A stretch of 64,000 nt of DNA from positions 1,448 to 65,447 of the forward strand of contig CAYRFL010000007.1 of NCBI GenBank assembly GCA_964423515.1. Direction: 5' to 3'. This stretch comes from an uncultured archaeon (GTDB taxonomy: Archaea > Thermoplasmatota > Penumbrarchaeia > JASLWR01). Positions 60,614 through 64,000 of this stretch are shown here, piece by piece. The notes beneath the pieces were generated by a model that did no database searches, was not told the origin of the DNA, and worked only from the letters and a program-made list of their open reading frames with translations. Within the stretch, counting starts at the first letter, position 1, and each line of letters starts with the position of its first letter. Both the position numbers and the translations under genes were made by a program.

Positions 60614-63600
60614 TCACACACGTACCCGCTTTCTCCTGATACGAACCCTTCTCCCCATCGGCCTCTTTGTGTGTCCGTTCCCCGATGTTTTCCGGTCTTT
60701 CCGGTCTTTCCCGGTGGATATCTCCCTGACGCTCTCGATTCTTAGGTTTCGCTTTTCGTTCACTCTCGCCGACCACTTTCTCATTCTCACGACGAAAGCG
60801 CCCAGGAGAAGAATGCCGGAGGCCGCGATCACGGCCAGCACCGGCAACCAAATATGTCCGTACTTCGTTCCATCGTCCTCAAGGCCGATCCCCTCCGTCT
60901 CCCCCTTCGTTCTTTTTCCGTTCGTTTCATCCTGACCCTCCGTTCCCGTATCGTTCTTCTTACCATCCTGTTCGTACGGGAGATTTGCCGGGAGGGGCCT
61001 CGAGAGGTTGTCCCCGGTTACGTCTTCCGTGCTCACGTTTATTTCGGTGGGCTGCGCCCCCGTTACCGTGACCTTCACTGTATCGCGGTGGGTTTGCCCG
61101 TCCAGGTTGGTAACCGTGAGGGTGATGTAATATTCTCCGGGGGTGGTGAAGACGTAGGTAGGCGAGCTGCCTCCGAGGCTTATTCTGTTGCCCTCGTACA
61201 CGAAGGTCCACTGAAAGCTCTCAATGCCGACTGCGTCGCTGCTCCCGCTCCCGTCCAGCAGAACGTACTGTCCCGTATCCACCGTGACGTCCTGCCCTGC
61301 ATCGGCGACGGGCGTCGATATCACTGCCGGAGGCTCATCGTCTCCGGTGACGTTCACCCATATGACGTCTCCCGCCCAGTTCCCCTTCGCATCCCTCACG
61401 ATGAGGGTCACCGTGTAATTTCCCGCCGTATCGAAGTTGAAGGTGGCGTTGTAACCGGAAAGTACGATGCAGTTTCCTCCGTACTCCAGCTTCCAGACGT
61501 ATTCCGGAATGCTCGCGAGCTCACCCGTTACGGACCCGTTGAAATACACCGGCTCGCCCACATCCACAGTGCGATTATGACCAGCATGTGCGTGGAATAT
61601 GGGCATGGGCCTGACGCTCACGAAGAGCCGGTCGAGATCCCACTTTCCACCGGAATCGGTGACGTTGAGGGTAATGGGATACATGCCGGCCGCGTCGAAG
61701 GTGAAGGAGTTTTCGGCCCCGTAGAGGGCTACGGGCTCGCCGGCGTACACCAGATTCCAAGTATAGTTCACGATCCCTATGTCGTCGAAGCTGTCGGCGG
61801 CATTCAGCATTGCGGTATCACCCTCGGTTATGAAGAGATCCTGACCGGCCCTGGCCATTGGGCGGTTGTCGGTTACAACGGTGATGAAGATATCGTCCTG
61901 CCCTTCGTTTCCCATCGCATCTCTGACCAGCAGTTTGATCCTGTACTTTCCCGGGATCGAAAAGAAGCATTCCTGATTTTCGGCATTGTAGACGTGTCTC
62001 TCGTCGTCGTAGTTGAAGGACCAGTCGAAATAGGTGATGCCAACGTTGTCGAAGCTCTTCGAGGCATCCAGAACGAACGGCCGGTCGTTCGGGATCACCA
62101 TGTCCGGGCCCGCGTCTGCCAATGGCGGGTCGGTATCCTTGACGCTCACTATCACGAGGTCGCTGTCGGTCTCGCCCAGCAGGTTCTCCACGGTCAGACT
62201 GATCCGATAATCGCCCACCTCGTGGAACATGAAACCGGGCCTGGCGCCGTATATCCGGTACTGTTTCCCCTGGTAGCGGAAGTTCCATGTGTAATTGATA
62301 ATGGTGTAGCAGCTCTCGCTTCCAAGGCCGTTAAAACCCACGTACCTGTGCTGTCCCGTCGTTATAACGGAGCCTGCACTTGCCGTGGGCGTGGCATTCT
62401 CGATGCCAAGGGGTCTGCAAAGCGGAAAGTGGTCGTAGTTGTCCGCGCTGCCCAGTATTTCGTAGGACATGTTCCAGACCCTGGAATCGTTGCTGGCATC
62501 GGGATACTTTTCTGCGTAGTCCGACCAGTAGTTCCCGGCATAGGGAAGGTTCCAGATGTTGTTGTTGTAGCTGCTGTTGTCGTATACCATTATGGGACGC
62601 TGCCGGTATATGTGGAAGGTGTTGTATGCGATGGTGTTGTCATGCGAGCCGGCCTCGAGGGATATGTCGGCCACCTTGTGCTCCTTGCAGGTGTTGTTCA
62701 GGATGAGGTTCTTGCAGCCTACCAGTTTTATCCCCTCGAAATTGTTGGCTATCTCGTTCCCGAGAATGAGGTTGAAATTTCCATGAAAGACGGTTCCGGT
62801 GGAGTACAGGTACGTGGAGTCGAAGACGTCGTAATACGAGAAATAGTTCGATCTCACGGTGTTGCGGATTATCCTGTTGAAATCTCCCACAAGGTTCATT
62901 CCGTAGCCGCTGTTGTTGGTGACGACGTTGTCCTCCAGGGTGTTGTGATCGGAGTTGACCATGCCTATCCCGGTGGCGTAGAGGGGCTTTTGGCGCCCGT
63001 CCTCGCCCTTCTCGAACCACTCGTTGGCACAGCAGTGATTGTTCCGCACCTCGTTTCCGTGGGAATCCCAGAGGAGCAGCCCGTATCCGCCGTATCCGTC
63101 ATCATGTCCGCATCGGCCGCCGTTGGACCGGCACTGGTTGTCCCGTATGACCGAGTCTCTCACGCCGGACAGGCGAATACCACAGTGAAAGTTGTCCGAT
63201 AGCGTGTTATTATATATCTCACAGCCTTTGCAGCCCTCGAGGAGCATTCCCGTTTCCGCGCTGAAGACCTCGAAGCCGCTGACGTTCACGTGATCCGCCC
63301 TGACGAGTATGCCGGTGCCGAGATCGCCGTCTATCCGGGTCCTGCCGGTACCGCGCAGGGTGACTGTCCGGTCGATGACCACGTTCTCGAGATAGAGTCC
63401 TTCGCTGACGAGAATGGTATCTCCGGGCCCGGCGTTCTCCACGGCAGCCTGTATCGTATGGAAGTTACCCATGCCGTACAGGTCGACCAGGATCACGCCG
63501 GAATCCCTGGTGCCGATGTCGTTCTCGTTGTCATTGTAATTGCAGTTCCCGTTCTCCTTGCATCCCCCTGCCCCGGCAGCGACGTGCTGGAGGCAGATGG

Positions 63601-63661
63601 CCAGTACGAGTCCGATCATAATATACGCGATCTTTCCGCTCATTTCGTTAGTTCTGCTCAT
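60614..63661 (-). CDS. surface beta-helix (PbH1) + five to six PKD domains + TM + short basic tail
   Basis: The ATG at 63661 is preceded by GAGGTGA. Signal KIAYIMIGLVLAICLQHVAAGAG, PbH1 repeats, GNYWSDYAEKY, and PKD modules (YTWNFRYQG..YG, FDWSFNYDD.., YTWNLVYAG.., YVWKLEYGG.., FQWTFVYEG..). TM helix IWLPVLAVIAASGILLLGAFVV. Confidence 0.85.
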   Translation of the reverse strand: MSRTNEMSGKIAYIMIGLVLAICLQHVAAGAGGCKENGNCNYNDNENDIGTRDSGVILVDLYGMGNFHTIQAAVENAGPGDTILVSEGLYLENVVIDRTVTLRGTGRTRIDGDLGTGILVRADHVNVSGFEVFSAETGMLLEGCKGCEIYNNTLSDNFHCGIRLSGVRDSVIRDNQCRSNGGRCGHDDGYGGYGLLLWDSHGNEVRNNHCCANEWFEKGEDGRQKPLYATGIGMVNSDHNTLEDNVVTNNSGYGMNLVGDFNRIIRNTVRSNYFSYYDVFDSTYLYSTGTVFHGNFNLILGNEIANNFEGIKLVGCKNLILNNTCKEHKVADISLEAGSHDNTIAYNTFHIYRQRPIMVYDNSSYNNNIWNLPYAGNYWSDYAEKYPDASNDSRVWNMSYEILGSADNYDHFPLCRPLGIENATPTASAGSVITTGQHRYVGFNGLGSESCYTIINYTWNFRYQGKQYRIYGARPGFMFHEVGDYRISLTVENLLGETDSDLVIVSVKDTDPPLADAGPDMVIPNDRPFVLDASKSFDNVGITYFDWSFNYDDERHVYNAENQECFFSIPGKYRIKLLVRDAMGNEGQDDIFITVVTDNRPMARAGQDLFITEGDTAMLNAADSFDDIGIVNYTWNLVYAGEPVALYGAENSFTFDAAGMYPITLNVTDSGGKWDLDRLFVSVRPMPIFHAHAGHNRTVDVGEPVYFNGSVTGELASIPEYVWKLEYGGNCIVLSGYNATFNFDTAGNYTVTLIVRDAKGNWAGDVIWVNVTGDDEPPAVISTPVADAGQDVTVDTGQYVLLDGSGSSDAVGIESFQWTFVYEGNRISLGGSSPTYVFTTPGEYYITLTVTNLDGQTHRDTVKVTVTGAQPTEINVSTEDVTGDNLSRPLPANLPYEQDGKKNDTGTEGQDETNGKRTKGETEGIGLEDDGTKYGHIWLPVLAVIAASGILLLGAFVVRMRKWSARVNEKRNLRIESVREISTGKDRKDRKTSGNGHTKRPMGRRVRIRRKRVRV

Positions 63662-63779
63662 TTCGCTCACCTCTTGCTGTGGGCTCCCGGTCGATGGATT
63701 CGCGAGGGACCGGCACCGCCGGAACAACCTAGCGAACTCCGGGTTCGCCCGCCTATGATAGCAAGGAGGCGAGAGGACG

Positions 63780-63809
63780 TTATAATAAAGATTGGCACAA
63801 TAACTTCCA
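63780..63809 (-). promoter_or_regulatory. shared promoter block (second copy)
   Basis: Identical 30-mer to 56678..56707. The downstream leader also aligns, including the hairpin CCGGC-N3-GCCGG at 63710..63722 versus 56607..56619. Both hairpins lie 49 nt from their ATG. Confidence 0.4.
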
Positions 63810-63902
63810 TGAATCGGGGTGGGACATTGATGCAACGGAGCGTAGCGAGCGCAGATATGATGGGATAAAGATCCGCATGGTAAGGATTGGTTCCAGGTAG
63901 GA

Positions 63903-63967
63903 CCATCCCAAGCCCCCACCCGATTTCTCCGCTGGCTCGTGCCACTCCCCCACGAGCCTGCTCGAAA
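63903..63967 (-). repeat. intergenic repeat family 1, copy B (inverted orientation)
   Basis: Its reverse complement aligns with 16727..16802. Confidence 0.6.
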
Positions 63968-64000
63968 TCGATAGTATGAGAGGATTGGACGGCCTTTAGT

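Noticed and set aside
60854-63202. A 782-aa plus-strand ORF antisense to the beta-helix/PKD gene.
   Set aside because: Same reasoning as above. The opposite strand encodes textbook PbH1 and PKD repeats with a signal peptide and a TM helix, and the antisense translation is featureless.
1-64000. rRNA and tRNA genes.
   Set aside because: By eye I recognised no stretch with rRNA-like conservation or tRNA cloverleaf features. A tRNAscan/Infernal run would be needed to be certain.

Overview
The window looks archaeal. It has A/T-rich TATA-like boxes about 25-35 nt before starts, a bat-type HTH_10 regulator, PGF-pre-PGF-like and DUF131-like proteins, and acidic proteomes. It is probably from a Thermoplasmatota/Euryarchaeota-type genome, but the taxon cannot be proven from this sequence alone. 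The segment is accessory-rich.

Coding content:
- Large secreted or membrane-anchored surface proteins dominate: a 2003-aa protein built from an 18-residue repeat, a 1751-aa PKD/BNR protein, three right-handed beta-helix (NosD/PbH1-like) proteins and a VIT-vWA protein.
- Housekeeping genes are interspersed: thiC, an RNase R-family exoribonuclease, a YgiQ radical SAM protein, a POT-type MFS transporter, a PHP phosphoesterase and DUF502.
- There are two paralogous MacB/FtsX-type ABC modules, one with an HTH_10 regulator and one with a TetR regulator.
- Also present: a PadR/HAAS/DUF4097 envelope-sensing module, a RelE/RHH toxin-antitoxin pair, an orphan AbrB antitoxin and a TfoX_N protein.

Most noteworthy observations:
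1. 56898-60547: a radical SAM enzyme fused to a TusA domain, followed by YedF, a class-V cysteine desulfurase/selenocysteine-lyase-like gene (apparently frameshifted) and a DUF3343-like Se/S carrier. This is a candidate S/Se relay feeding a radical SAM enzyme.
2. 38006-43689: an AT-rich island carrying the bacterial-type Pnkp/Hen1 RNA-repair pair plus an AAA ATPase. It sits between 36-nt perfect direct repeats that duplicate the 3' end of a radical SAM gene.
3. Surface beta-helix/PKD proteins whose cytoplasmic tails are tandem winged-helix DNA-binding domains and/or zinc ribbons.
4. Possible recoding or pseudogene sites: an in-frame TAG, a -1 frameshift and an A8 tract.
5. A staircase of ATGA-coupled uORFs that repeat the RNase R N-terminus.
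6. Several repeated or strongly structured intergenic elements.

I recognised no rRNA, tRNA or CRISPR array.
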